63,915 bases of DNA, filler included, from Octopus bimaculoides (GCF_001194135.2; 6 parts of 6 records of this genome joined end to end with filler, not necessarily neighbours in it), one strand, 5' to 3'. Shown: positions 1 to 11,445, counted from the whole stretch's first letter. The notes: generated by a model from the sequence alone, not told the origin. Translations and numbers: made by a program.

Positions 1-1
1 A

Positions 2-171
2 TATAACATACAGAAAATTGTACTACTGGGTACTGCACACATTCTACGCAAAACACTTTCAATACAGTAAACATAAGAGCACCACAGCAAACCACAGCAC
101 ATACCCAAGGCGCACAGAGCTGCGCTCGGTAATGAAGTGAAAGCACGTTATAAAAATAAAACTACTGAACA
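2..171 (+). mobile_element. 3' end of an R4/Dong-clade (RLE) non-LTR retrotransposon: ORF C-terminus plus 3' UTR, ending in an (AAT)n tail
   Basis: Frame 2 (2-70) reads YNIQKIVLLGTAHILRKTLSIQ*, matching the QKxxLLGTAxILRK C-terminus typical of R4/Dong ORFs. A ~100-bp UTR and (AAT)n at ~172-205 follow. Confidence 0.75.
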
Positions 172-205
172 ATAATAATAATAATAATCATAATAATAAT
201 AATAA

Positions 206-772
206 TCTTGGTACTCCCCGGATGCAGTACCAGGCAGTGGCTCTCATGGCTTCTGATCTTAATTGATTGGAAGTGTTATGTACATTGTTTTGTCTTGGTA
301 TAAAAAGATGGGCTACAGCAAATATTCTGCTTAATACCTCAGATTTGCATGTCAGTTGTTTGACCTTAGCCTGTTGAGCATGTCCCTTGGTGGCTGACGA
401 TATGCGCATCTCTGATCATGAGCAGTAGTAGTGGGGGAGCATCATATCATAGTCATGTGTCGAGAGGAATTCTTTGGGGCTTGAATAATTTACCCTTGGA
501 AACATGGGTGTTTTGCTCAACATCCTTAAACAAACCTTATTCAGGGACCTTTTGAGCGGAATGGGCTACTCGACCTGAAGAAAATTTTAACTGCGCCCCA
601 CCTGCGAGGTCATGCTCTATTTATCTTGATATGAGATCACCATGTCGCGCACATATGGTTGTGATGCATGTGCCTGGTGTACCCTTATCAGACGGGTAGT
701 CCTGATGGGTATAATGGGCTTCGTATATTTAGCCCCAGTGTCACTTTGATACCATGCACTGCTCTCTCACTC
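206..772. mobile_element. ~570-bp unclassified element (probable interspersed repeat) embedded between two (AAT)n tracts
   Basis: Complex sequence bounded by (AAT)n at ~172-205 and 773-816, with no intact ORF. Family identity is not established from the window. Confidence 0.5.
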
Positions 773-819
<47 letters not shown>

Positions 820-999
820 TTGGATACAGTACACACACACACACATGCTATTTATCCGCTCTAATGTGTTCATGCGTGTGGGTGTGTATGTACAAATATC
901 GACTTAATAATGAAAGATTGAGAAAATGAGAAAAAGCAATAAAGTGAGAAAAGGAGAGAAAGAGAGAAAGAGAAAGAGAGGGAGACTCTTGTTTTCTTA

Positions 1000-1202
1000 A
1001 GCAGTGAACAGCCACCATATGTTACAATTCTCCAAATTGAAGACATGACAAGGTATTTCAGTTCACAGTTGCTTTCTTTAAGGACAACAACAGACTATTA
1101 AGGTTGTATGTAACAAGACGGACCACAAAAGTCTATCAGTCGCTTACAGCGATAATATTAATTACAACAACGACACCGACGCGCAAGACAACATCGGCAG
1201 AT
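1000..1202 (+). other. Candidate non-coding (5' UTR) exon upstream of the TRPC-like exon
   Basis: Strong donor-like site CAGAT|GTAAGT at 1202/1203 after a GA-rich tract. If spliced to the 10270 acceptor, the frame leading to the 10274 ATG has an upstream stop, consistent with a UTR. The start coordinate is a guess. Confidence 0.2.
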
Positions 1203-1266
1203 GTAAGTTAATTATCTTGATATCCATAATAGTTTAGAGTGAAATTATTTCATGAATTTTAATATG

Positions 1267-1660
1267 AGGCGTGACAGTGTGGTAAGAAGCTAGCTTCCCA
1301 AACACATGGTTCCTGGTTCAGCCCCACTGAGTGGTACCTTGGACAAGTAGACTATAACAGTTTCGGGCTGACAAAAGCCTTGTGAGTGGATTTGGAAGAT
1401 AGAAGAAACTGAAAGAAGCATGTCGCAGGTGTGTGTGTATGTGTGTGTGTGTTTGTGTCTGTGCATGTCCCCACCCCATCGCTGGACAACCGGTGTTGGT
1501 GTGTTTATGTTCCCATAAGGTAGCTGTTCGGCAAAAGTGAACGATAGAATAAGTACCAGGCTTAAAAATAAAAGAGGAAAAGGTACTTAGATTAGTTTAA
1601 CTTAAAATCTTCTAGGCCGCGCTCCAGCATGGTCGCGGTATAATGATTGAAACAAGATAA
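1267..1660 (+). mobile_element. tRNA-derived SINE, family B (head GGCTGTGTGGTAAGAAGC...; tail ...GCTCCAGCATGGCCGC...GAAACAAG)
   Basis: A-box and B-box-like head (TGTGGTAAG; GGTTCAGCCCC). The body is shared with many other copies in the window. Confidence 0.85.
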
Positions 1661-1720
1661 ATATGGAAGATAAATATATCGAGATTTTCGTCTACATACA
1701 TACATACATACACACATACA

Positions 1721-1753
<33 letters not shown>

Positions 1754-1839
1754 TCACGCATATATAACCGATGCATACATACATACGTACATACATACGT
1801 ACACACGCATGTATACATACATAGTTACATACATCGATT

Positions 1840-2050
1840 TTTCTACTCTAAGCACAAGGCCCAATCTTTTGGGAGAGGGCCAGTCGATTAGATCGAACCC
1901 AGTACGCAACTGGTACTTAATTTATCGACCCTGAAATGATGAAAGGCAAAGTCGACCTCGGCGGAATTTGAACTCAGAACGTAGCGACGGGCGAAATACC
2001 GCTAAGCATTTCGCCCGACGTGCTAACGTTTCTGCTCGCTCACCGCCTTA
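1840..2050 (-). mobile_element. tRNA-derived SINE, family A (head AAGGCGGCGAGCTGGCAG..., B box GAGTTCAAATTCC)
   Basis: Reverse complement of the family A sequence, which recurs about 10 times in the window. Confidence 0.85.
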
Positions 2051-3709
2051 CCTACATACATTGATACGTATATACATGCATATGAAGTACTCAAATACAT
2101 ACATATATACATAGATGTATATATATAGACGCACGTACGTAGATGGATTCGTACGTACATATATACATACGTACGTAAGTGAAAGCATAAATTCTTACAT
2201 TCTTACACACATATGTGCATGCAAACATAGAAATAACCATACATTTATACGTATGTACACACACGCTTATTGTGAACCATTTAGGTTGACAGCCATTGTC
2301 TCTCTTTCCCTATATCCATCGATTCCATTCATTCATTCATTCATACGCACAGATATATATTCACAAGCATACATATGTACATGCGTTCATATATGCACAT
2401 ATATCTGCGCACACATTCATACATATCTATATGAACATGGAAGGTAAAATGTATAAAAATACACTAAAAAAAGATAAAATGATTGCTTGCTCACATAGCT
2501 GCCGCCTTCGTATAACTACCCCCCCCCCCACGCACATGCACACACGCACGCATACACACACATATCATATAGCTTGATATTATGAACAAAACTTATACGT
2601 ACATAATAAAGAACTCAATAACGAATGTCATGGAATGTGTTTAATTCCTTATAAGGTAACGAGGTGACTGTTAATTCTATAAAATAGTTACCTCATGCAT
2701 AAATGCTCACTCATACATTGATTTTCCTGTATATATANNNNNNNNNNNNNNNNNNNNNNNNNNNNNNNNNNNNNNNNNNNNNNNNNNNNNNNNNNNNNNN
2801 NNNNNNNNNNNNNNNNNNNNNNNNNNNNNNNNNNNNNNNNNNNNNNNNNNNNNNNNNNNNNNNNNNNNNNNNNNNNNNNNNNNNNNNNNNNNNNNNNNNN
2901 NNNNNNNNNNNNNNNNNNNNNNNNNNNNNNNNNNNNNNNNNNNNNNNNNNNNNNNNNNNNNNNNNNNNNNNNNNNNNNNNNNNNNNNNNNNNNNNNNNNN
3001 NNNNNNNNNNNNNNNNNNNNNNNNNNNNNNNNNNNNNNNNNNNNNNNNNNNNNNNNNNNNNNNNNNNNNNNNNNNNNNNNNNNNNNNNNNNNNNNNNNNN
3101 NNNNNNNNNNNNNNNNNNNNNNNNNNNNNNNNNNNNNNNNNNNNNNNNNNNNNNNNNNNNNNNNNNNNNNNNNNNNNNNNNNNNNNNNNNNNNNNNNNNN
3201 NNNNNNNNNNNNNNNNNNNNNNNNNNNNNNNNNNNNNNNNNNNNNNNNNNNNNNNNNNNNNNNNNNNNNNNNNNNNNNNNNNNNNNNNNNNNNNNNNNNN
3301 NNNNNNNNNNNNNNNNNNNNNNNNNNNNNNNNNNNNNNNNNNNNNNNNNNNNNNNNNNNNNNNNNNNNNNNNNNNNNNNNNNNNNNNNNNNNNNNNNNNN
3401 NNNNNNNNNNNNNNNNNNNNNNNNNNNNNNNNNNNNNNNNNNNNNNNNNNNNNNNNNNNNNNNNNNNNNNNNNNNNNNNNNNNNNNNNNNNNNNNNNNNN
3501 NNNNNNNNNNNNNNNNNNNNNNNNNNNNNNNNNNNNNNNNNNNNNNNNNNNNNNNNNNNNNNNNNNNNNNNNNNNNNNNNNNNNNNNNNNNNNNNNNNNN
3601 NNNNNNNNNNNNNNNNNNNNNNNNNNNNNNNNNNNNNNNNNNNNNNNNNNNNNNNNNNNNNNNNNNNNNNNNNNNNNNNNNNNNNNNNNNNNNNNNNNNN
3701 NNNNNNNNN

Positions 3710-3746
<37 letters not shown>

Positions 3747-3749
<3 letters not shown>

Positions 3750-5032
3750 GATTTCTCAATAGTTCAGCATAGGTGTTCACTTTTTCACTGATCTTCAGCT
3801 TTATGTTAACATCCGCTGGGCAGCTAATCTCCACAACTGCGCACAGTCTCTCTCCCCCATCCCAAATCATTATATCTGGTCTATTTTTCTTATATTTTAT
3901 TGAGGTTTTCTCTGGGACATTCCACCAGTACATCTTTTTTATTATGAGTGGCTATGGCTTCTACCATACTGTGGATTCTTATTTCATTGTCCCCGGGGTT
4001 TTCCTCCTGACGGATTTCATTAAAGAGTATCCTAGCTACAACATCATATCTCATCGGTAATTAATACCGTGATGACATTTTCGGATAACTACTTATAATG
4101 AGGGTGATATTTTCGGTGTTAACTCTACAAAATCTGTTTTGGCTTTACTACAAAATCCGCTTTGGTTTCACAGCTTTTCCTGCATCCATGTCCCTTTAGT
4201 GCAACAGCTACTTGGCTGATATTTCCAGTTCCTGGATTGCAAACGCATACCCTTCCAAGTGGGAGGTAGTAATCCGGTTATTGATCCACAATAGATTGCT
4301 GGGAAGATCGATGTTACTATCATCTCGGAACTTTCTGCTAACATATCCATGCTTGGTTTTCTACTCATATACCCTCATCCTTTCATCTGATGATATGTTG
4401 CGGAAGAGTCGTGCGACTTTGGACATGTATTTAAGGTTATCCGACAAGGAATGCTGCTCAAGGAGGTGCCTTCAAAGTCTTATGATGTTATCAGTCTCAT
4501 GTATGCAAACATGGTCAAAAGATTCACTTCGACACTTGGTGGTTAAAAGATGTTGCCAAATGGATATGATACGACATTCAAAGGTAGTTTGGATCGATGT
4601 TAAGTCTCTGCCGTCTTGTTTTCGTTTTAGGTAGCGGTGGTCTACGTCACTGTTGATGTGGAAATTATGTGTACTTGTTAGTATTTTCCGGGTTTTCACA
4701 TCAATGGCGCAGATCTCATCAATGGCTCAGATCTCATCAAGCGTCCAATCAAGTAGCCCAAATGTTGGTATGAGTACTAACATTGCAAACACACTGTGGG
4801 CCACTGTATTACTGAATCCAAATTTTCTTTATTCGGCTGTAATATTCTTTAGTGATACGTGTTTCGTTACAGGTGCCACAGTAAAATATGTTTTCATCTA
4901 CCCTAGATACCTGTAAAATTTCTCATCAGATAGAAGGGAAACGGTTAAGTCATTGATGGAGATGTTCCTAGTCTGATTTACAGTTTTCTGTCTTTTCGTA
5001 ACCATATAGCAACATTTCCCCCCTGACCAAAT
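3747..5032 (-). mobile_element. 5'-truncated, decayed R4/Dong-type RLE LINE (RT motifs 6-7, thumb, CCHC remnant, PD-(D/E)xK endonuclease)
   Basis: Minus-strand segments KCCYMV...FYRYLG, KTRKILTSTHNFHINSDVDHRYLKRKQDGRDL (RLY..R..GGRGL-like), CRVNTENITLIISSYPKM (zinc-knuckle remnant) and NRPDIMIWD...VEISCPADVNIKLKISEKVNTYAEL (RLE). Multiple stops and frameshifts; the 3' end runs into a gap. Confidence 0.85.
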
Positions 5033-5744
5033 ATATGTACGCTTGTATGCATATATTTATGTACGTACGTATGTATGTATGTATGTATGTATGTATGTAT
5101 GTGTATGTACGTGTGTGTGTGCGTGTACTTCTATGGATAGATGCGTGTGCACGTGTGTATGTGAATGTATAATTCTATGCGTGGGAATCCTTATAACAAA
5201 CGTAGGTCTTAATATATCCTGCAGTCAGAATGTCTGACCAACTGTACCTAACAGTGGTTTGAAATGAATAACGAATACTAAAACAATTCAACGGCCTTAA
5301 ACGACAACTGTTGTCATGGGCTAATTACATATGACGTTCGGTGCCATTCATCCTATCTCGTTCATCAGGAGAGTTCTACTTAAAGTTCATGAGAAAAAAT
5401 TTGGACATACGACGGATATCTGTTTAATTAATCGACTGTACAAACACAACAGATCGCGGAAATATATTCACTGCATCCCATTTTCGAAATTTATTTCGGG
5501 AAAATAATCGAGAATCAAAAAAGGAAATAGAAAATGACGAGCGATTTTGTTTTGTTAAACCCAAGACCACTAGTGAAATTGGGCAAGCCTATGATCAAAA
5601 GGCATTCCAGTTTTGACCATCACGTCTTGAATAAGAGGTAGAAAAGTCATATACTTATGTTTGGGTCTTGATGAAGGAGTAAAACCAATTGATGCAAGCA
5701 GGCTAAAAGTATGACTAAAACCTGCATTTAATAATGGTTTAATA

Positions 5745-6027
5745 ATTGCACAAGGCCAGTAATTTCAGGACAGGGGTTAAGTCGATTACATCGACCCCAC
5801 TGGTACTTATTCTATCGACCCTGAATGGATGAAAGGCAAAGTCGACCTCGGTGGAATTTGAACTCAGAACCCAAGACCGGATGAAATGCCACTAAACATT
5901 TTGCCCGGCGTGCAAACGATTCTACCAGCTCACCGACTTAAAACCTGTATTTAATAATCTTTTCTACTCTCGGCACAAGGCCTGAATTTTTTTTAGGGAA
6001 GGGGGCCAGTACGCAACCGGTACTCAA
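5745..6027 (-). mobile_element. SINE family A copy plus a second 3' fragment
   Basis: GTCGACCTCGGTGGAATTTGAACTCAGAAC core and GCACAAGGCC tail, as in the other copies. Confidence 0.8.
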
Positions 6028-6486
6028 TNNNNNNNNNNNNNNNNNNNNNNNNNNNNNNNNNNNNNNNNNNNNNNNNNNNNNNNNNNNNNNNNNNNNNNNN
6101 NNNNNNNNNNNNNNNNNNNNNNNNNNNNNNNNNNNNNNNNNNNNNNNNNNNNNNNNNNNNNNNNNNNNNNNNNNNNNNNNNNNNNNNNNNNNNNNNNNNN
6201 NNNNNNNNNNNNNNNNNNNNNNNNNNNNNNNNNNNNNNNNNNNNNNNNNNNNNNNNNNNNNNNNNNNNNNNNNNNNNNNNNNNNNNNNNNNNNNNNNNNN
6301 NNNNNNNNNNNNNNNNNNNNNNNNNNNNNNNNNNNNNNNNNNNNNNNNNNNNNNNNNNNNNNNNNNNNNNNNNNNNNNNNNNNNNNNNNNNNNNNNNNNN
6401 NNNNNNNNNNNNNNNNNNNNNNNNNNNNNNNNNNNNNNNNNNNNNNNNNNNNNNNNNNNNNNNNNNNNNNNNNNNNNNNNNNNNNN

Positions 6487-6707
6487 ATGATCCTTTGAAT
6501 TACAGGTACAACAGAAACAGGAAGTAAGAGTGAGAGAAAGTTGTGGTGGAAAAGTACAGCAGGGTTCGCCACCATCCCCTGCCGGAGCCTCGTGGAGCTT
6601 TAGGTGTTTTCGCTCAATAAACACTCACAACACCCGGTCTGGAAATCGAAACCGCGATCCTATGACCGCGAGTCCGCTGCCCTAACCAGTGGGCCATTGC
6701 GCCTCCA
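6487..6707 (-). mobile_element. tRNA-derived SINE, family C (head GGAGGCGCAATGGCCCAGTGGTTAGGGCAGCGG), 5' half
   Basis: Reverse complement of 9784-10000; cut off by the gap. Confidence 0.85.
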
Positions 6708-7099
6708 CAGTGTTAACCTAAGAGGAGCGGGATTAGTGCACATACAAGGCTTGGTAGCAAGTAATGCGTACAATGAGAGAGAAAGAAACATAGAGACAGA
6801 GAAGTAGGAGGGGGAGTGAATGGCACAGTAGTTCTGGTAGGAGTTATGCAAATGAGAGTTTTGCTCTATTGAAATTTTATTGTAAGGTAATAAAATTTTT
6901 CTTTTGGAATTAAAATTAAAATTCATTTCATTCATCATTTTGTATAAGCCCCAAGAACTTTGATAAAATTTAAATCATAATTCTTGTATGTATACCCGTA
7001 TTTCCTGATATTACCCAGGGTGGCAAAAGTATACTTTCAAAGTTACTGGTGTTATGATGGGCAATACTCTAGTGTTAAATGATTATCTTTTTTTTATCT

Positions 7100-7521
7100 T
7101 ATTTTCTACTTTTGTCAGTCATTAGACTGCGGCCATGCTGGGGCACCCCTTGAAAATTTTTTAGCCGAATGAATCGAAGCCACTAATTATATTTTAAAGC
7201 CTGGTACTCATTCAATCGGTCTCTTTGGCTGAGCCGGTACGCTACAGGAACATTAAAAAAACACCCAGCACCGGTTGTCAAGTGGTGGTGTGGGACAAAC
7301 ATTGACGTACATACGCACATACGCACACACACACATATACACACATGTATATACGTGTACGACAGGCTTCTTTCAGTTTCCGTCTACCGAACCACTGCAA
7401 ATATTTGGTTGGCCCGAGCAAATAGTTGAAAACACTTACGGAAGGTGTTACGCAGTGGGGCTGAACTAAGAACCATGTGGTTGGGAAGCAAACCTCTGAC
7501 CACAGAGCCACACCTGCGCCT
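7100..7521 (-). mobile_element. SINE family B copy
   Basis: Reverse complement of the family B head, body and tail. Confidence 0.8.
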
Positions 7522-7706
7522 ACAGTTGATAATAATTGCATAAATACTTGGCATATTTTGATTCCTCCAGCATTAACAATTACTATCAATGAAATATGTT
7601 GAAAACCGAATGCCAACCATTTTTACTCCGTTCATACGACTTTTAGATATTAATAATTTAGTTTGGTCAGACTGCCATCGTAAGACGAAAATGAGCCACA
7701 CGCACA

Positions 7707-7832
7707 CTACGTTAAGGGTACACGTGTCTGTGGAGTGCTCAGCCACTTGCACGTTAATTTCACGAGAAGGCTGTTCCGTTGATCGGATCAACTGGAACCC
7801 TCGACGTCGTGAGCGATGGAGTGCCAACAACG
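7707..7832 (+). mobile_element. SINE family C, 3' fragment
   Basis: Near-identical to 10030-10152 (CTACGTTAAGGG...GGAGTGCCAACAAC). Confidence 0.8.
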
Positions 7833-8447
7833 TGTTCTCATATGCGCTAGGAAAAAATGCAAGTAATTGCCTGAAGTTTTCTTTTCATGTTGCAATTACT
7901 GTAGTGTCATCTGCATAGCGTGAGTTCAATTACCGATACAATCGTTGATGTTTTTGGTGCGTAACCTGCTAGTTCGGTAAGTTTGCTATCAGTATGGTTG
8001 ATATTTTGGACTTATGGTGTAAGTTTGTTCATAATGACGTCGATTACAGTTGACAAGAAATGGAAAAGAGTATTAAGGCAACTACATATTTCTACCTTAC
8101 TTCAAACTATTCTGTGGCAGAAGTTTGGAAGCGCACGAAAACTGTCGCATTGTGTTAGATTTTTGTGGTAACCAATTTTGGTTAGCACTTTCTTCATTGC
8201 TTCACAGCATAATTTGCGGATTCAAATGTCTTGGTATCGTCAAAGAAAACCATGCACATAAGTATATATAGTGTTTACACTCCAAAACAAAATACAAGCC
8301 GGTTTACCTCACTAGTTTCGTTACACACCGAAAAAAATAGACGAGACCGCGTATCTCAAATGAAACTGAAAACTGTAAGCAAATTCTGTACTACATTACT
8401 TCATTCCTGATGTTCCACAAACACACATACGTACATACATGTGTATG

Positions 8448-8505
<58 letters not shown>

Positions 8506-8881
8506 AACAGATGGATGCATGTATGTATATGTGTGCATATGCGCGCGTTACTAGCACAATAAGAACAATTAGAACGACTCCGCCTCTCGAAGCATAACAG
8601 AGCTAAGAATAGAAACAAGATATAGAACGATTTGAAAATGTGAACGTCAAAGGCGGATTAAAAGTGTTGGGTGGCTAAGCTCAATAAAATAATCAATAAA
8701 AACTGTGAACAAGAACAGATGGTTCAAAAATATATATCAACTCGTTTCTGAATGAAAACAAGGAAGGATTCATAATGACAGCTCAAAAGATATAGTTCTA
8801 TATTTAAGAGATGAGGAATTATGTACATTATTTACATTATTTACATTTCACAGATATTTATCATCATCTTGTTTGTTATTA

Positions 8882-8925
8882 ACACAACGTTTCGGCTGAT
8901 ATACCCTCCAGCCTTCATCAGGTGT
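8882..8925 (-). ncRNA. Minimal type I hammerhead ribozyme (PLE type)
   Basis: Minus strand reads ACAC-CUGAUGA-A-GGCUG(GAGGGUAUAU)CAGCC-GAAA-CGU-U^GUGU. Stem I is ACAC/GUGU, stem II is a perfect 5 bp, and stem III is the palindromic ACGU. Predicted cleavage is at GUU, between 8886 and 8885. Confidence 0.8.
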
Positions 8926-9000
8926 CTTGGGGAAATTTGGAACTTGGGTTCTCATTCCTAAGGTATTTTTCGATGTTATTATTATTATTATTATTATTTA

Positions 9001-9140
9001 GTTCACTGCCTGGAATCGAACTCGGAATCTTGGGGTTAGTAGCCCGCGCTCTTAACAAACTACGCCATATGCCCGTGGCGTAGTGTTTAAGAGCGCGGGC
9101 TACTAGTTCCAAGATTCCGAGTTCGATTCCAGGCAGTGAC
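9001..9140. promoter_or_regulatory. Two divergent tRNA-derived heads with Pol III A and B boxes (9001-9070 minus, 9075-9140 plus)
   Basis: A box TGGCGTAGT(G/T)T and B box GAGTTCGATTCC on both arms. The acceptor stem does not pair, so this is not a functional tRNA. Confidence 0.6.
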
Positions 9141-9243
9141 CTAAATAATAATAATAATAATAATAATAATGATAATAATAATAATAATAATAATAAGATT
9201 AAAATACCTTGGAATGAGAACCCAAGTTCGAAATTTCCCCAGT

Positions 9244-9287
9244 ACACCTGATGAAGGCTGGAGGGTATATCAGCCGAAACGTTGTGG
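9244..9287 (+). ncRNA. Minimal type I hammerhead ribozyme (PLE type)
   Basis: ACAC-CUGAUGA-A-GGCUG(GAGGGUAUAU)CAGCC-GAAA-CGU-U^GUGG. Stem I is 3 bp (CAC/GUG). Predicted cleavage is after 9283. Confidence 0.75.
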
Positions 9288-9783
9288 TAACAACAAACAA
9301 GATGATGACAAATATCCATCAAATGTAAATAAAGTAAATAAAGCACAGAAAATTTATGTCCGAACGAGATATTGTTAGTTGGTAACTGATTTGTTTCTGA
9401 TTTGGGCCCAAGACCAAGGCAGTGAGTTGGTGGAAAAGCTAATACACCGGGGAAATTGCTTGGCTACATTTTCTCTTTACGTTCTGCGTTCAAATTCTGC
9501 CGAGGTCCGCTTTGTTTGCATTCTTTCGGGGTCGACCTTGTGCTAAAATTAGAAATGTATAGATACAAGATTTGCAGTTTTGAGGAAACGAGGTTAGTCA
9601 ATAGCATCGATCCCAGTCCTTGAATGGAACATTATTTTATCGATCCTGAAAGGATGAAAGGCAAATTTGACCGAGGCAGGATTTGAACTCAGTCGGAAGA
9701 AATATCGCCAACCATTGTGTCCAACGCGTTTACCATTCTTACAACTCACTGCTTTATTAATACATCTATCAAAAACAAAGAGT

Positions 9784-10152
9784 GGAGGCGCAATGGCCCA
9801 GTGGTTAGGGCAGCGGACTCGCGGTCATAGGATCACGGTTTCGATTTCCAGACCGGGTGTTGTGAGTGTTTATTGAGCGAAAACACCTAAAGCTCCACGA
9901 GGCTCCGGCAGGGGATGGTGGCGAACCCTGCTGTACTCTTTCACCACAACTTTCTCTCACTCTTACTTCCTGTTTCTGTTGTGCCTGTAATTCAAAGGGT
10001 CAGCCTTGTCACGCTGAATATCCCCGAGAACTACGTTAAGGGCACACGTGTCTGTGGAGTGCTCAGCCACTTGCACGTTAATTTCACGAGCAGGCTGTTC
10101 CGTTGATCGAATCAACTGGAACCCTCGTCGTCGTAAGCGACGGAGTGCCAAC
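9784..10152 (+). mobile_element. SINE family C, essentially full length
   Basis: tRNA-like head (A box TGGCCCAGTGG, B box GGTTTCGATTTCC), conserved body and GTGCCAAC tail. Five copies or fragments occur in the window. Confidence 0.88.
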
Positions 10153-10273
10153 ACACACACATAAAAACAAAGTGAAGTATAAATGTTACTTGCTGATTTA
10201 CCGCAAAATACAGCTGTGACGAAAAATTGTAGGTGGAAAAAAATTGACTCTTCTCTTTTGTCTTTTCAGCGCC

Positions 10274-10669
10274 ATGTCGATATTAATGGGAATTGAGAGG
10301 AAGGAGAAGAAACGGAGTCTCAGCATTGGCGCTCTCACCACTCTTGTGGAGACACGTCTTCAGGATGGCCTCACAGATGATGAACAAGACTTTCACTCAG
10401 CTGCAGAAATCGGTGACCTGGAAACGGTCAAACGTCTTGTGGAATCAGGTAAAGTGTCCAGTATCTGCACTGATTCTATGGGCCGTACCTGTTTGCATGT
10501 TGCCACGATTGCCAATGACCCGGAAATGGTTCGCTATTTGCTCAGTCTCTATCCACAAGACCTCATACATTCTGCATTTCTCTGTGCAGTCGAAAACGAC
10601 AGAGAGAAACTATGTGACATCTATCTCACACATCCAATGTATTCACTTGAAGAAGCAGAACAGAAACTT
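10274..10669 (+). CDS. TRPC: First coding exon of a TRPC-like (short transient receptor potential) cation channel; N-terminal ankyrin repeats
   Basis: Acceptor TCTTTTCAG|C at 10269/10270, ATG at 10274 and a phase-0 donor CTT|GTAAGT at 10669/10670. The peptide EQDFHSAAEIGDLETVKRLV...CTDSMGRTCLHVATIANDPEMVRYLL...IHSAFLCAVE matches the TRPC ankyrin pattern (E..F..AAE.GD...V; C.D..GRT.L..A...E.V..LL; ..A.L.A.). Family-level call only; the orthologue is undetermined. Confidence 0.8.
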
Positions 10670-10730
10670 GTAAGTAGGTTAAACTCTCAATCAATCAATC
10701 AATCAATCAGTCTATCTATCTATCGATCTA

Positions 10731-10939
10731 TCTTTACTCTTTACTTGTTTCAGTCATTTGACTGTGGCCATGCTGGAGCACCGCCTTTAGTCGAGCAAAT
10801 CTACCCCAGGACTTATTCTTTGGAAGCCTAGTACTTATTCTATCAGTCTGTTTTGCCGAACCGCTAAGTTACGGGGACGTAAACACACCAGCATCGGTTG
10901 TCAAGCGATGTTGGGGGGACAAATACAGACACACAAACA
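10731..10939 (-). mobile_element. SINE family B, 3' half
   Basis: CAGTCATTTGACTGTGGCCATGCTGGAGC tail motif; truncated by the gap. Confidence 0.8.
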
Positions 10940-11039
10940 NNNNNNNNNNNNNNNNNNNNNNNNNNNNNNNNNNNNNNNNNNNNTTAATTAATTAANNNNN
11001 NNNNNNNNNNNNNNNNNNNNNNNNNNNNNNNNNNNNNNN
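10940..11039. other. Artificial scaffold spacer (44 N + TTAATTAATTAA + 44 N); also centred at 30543, 40517, 49187 and 62540
   Basis: The same 12-mer, with stop codons in all six frames, is embedded in N runs five times. Confidence 0.95.
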
Positions 11040-11278
11040 GGCATCTTCAGAGATTCACAAAGGGTTTCATACAAATGTAGAGCAAGAGGTAAAAACAGAA
11101 GTGTGGTAGAGACCAGAAGAAAAACAACAGCATAAATAAGATAGAAATAAAAATAAAAAATAAAATTAAAATCAAAATCAAAATCAAAATAAAAATAAAA
11201 ATAAAAATAAGGGTACAGCAGGAAAAAAAAAATAAAGAATACATAAATGAAAAATGAAGGTATAGCATGTGGGACATT

Positions 11279-11327
<49 letters not shown>

Positions 11328-11409
11328 ATGTATGTATGTATGTATGTATGTATACACACACACACATGGACACATTCATAAATGCAAAAATGCACATTAA
11401 TGCATACAT

Positions 11410-11445
<36 letters not shown>

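Larger units (their letters stand above)
8808..9345. mobile_element. Palindromic (head-to-head) element; each arm is a tRNA-like head, an (AAT)n spacer and a Penelope-pLTR-like segment carrying a hammerhead ribozyme
   Basis: ~8820-9070 is the reverse complement of ~9075-9345 apart from a few substitutions and repeat-length changes. The symmetry centre lies within TACGCCATATGCCCGTGGCGTA (~9061-9082). Confidence 0.85.

Noticed and set aside
1612-2577. ORFs rich in YI, CV, HT, LS or RE dipeptides throughout the window
   Set aside because: They are translations of TA, CA, GA and CATA microsatellites.
2703-3933. Very long ORFs spanning N runs (also at ~6.0, 17.1, 19.7, 28.7, 32.9, 50.0, 52.0, 54.9 and 61.5 kb)
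   Set aside because: Their length comes from untranslatable N gaps, so they are not evidence of genes.
5330-5370. Minus-strand CTGATGA...GAACGTC
   Set aside because: The GAAA lacks one A and stems I and II do not pair.
10293-10673. 126-aa ORF overlapping the TRPC exon in another frame
   Set aside because: It is a shadow frame with no recognisable motif; the ankyrin frame explains the region.
10984-10995. Recurrent TTAATTAATTAA palindrome (five copies)
   Set aside because: Each copy is isolated within N runs (44 N on each side where counted), so it is an assembly spacer rather than biology.
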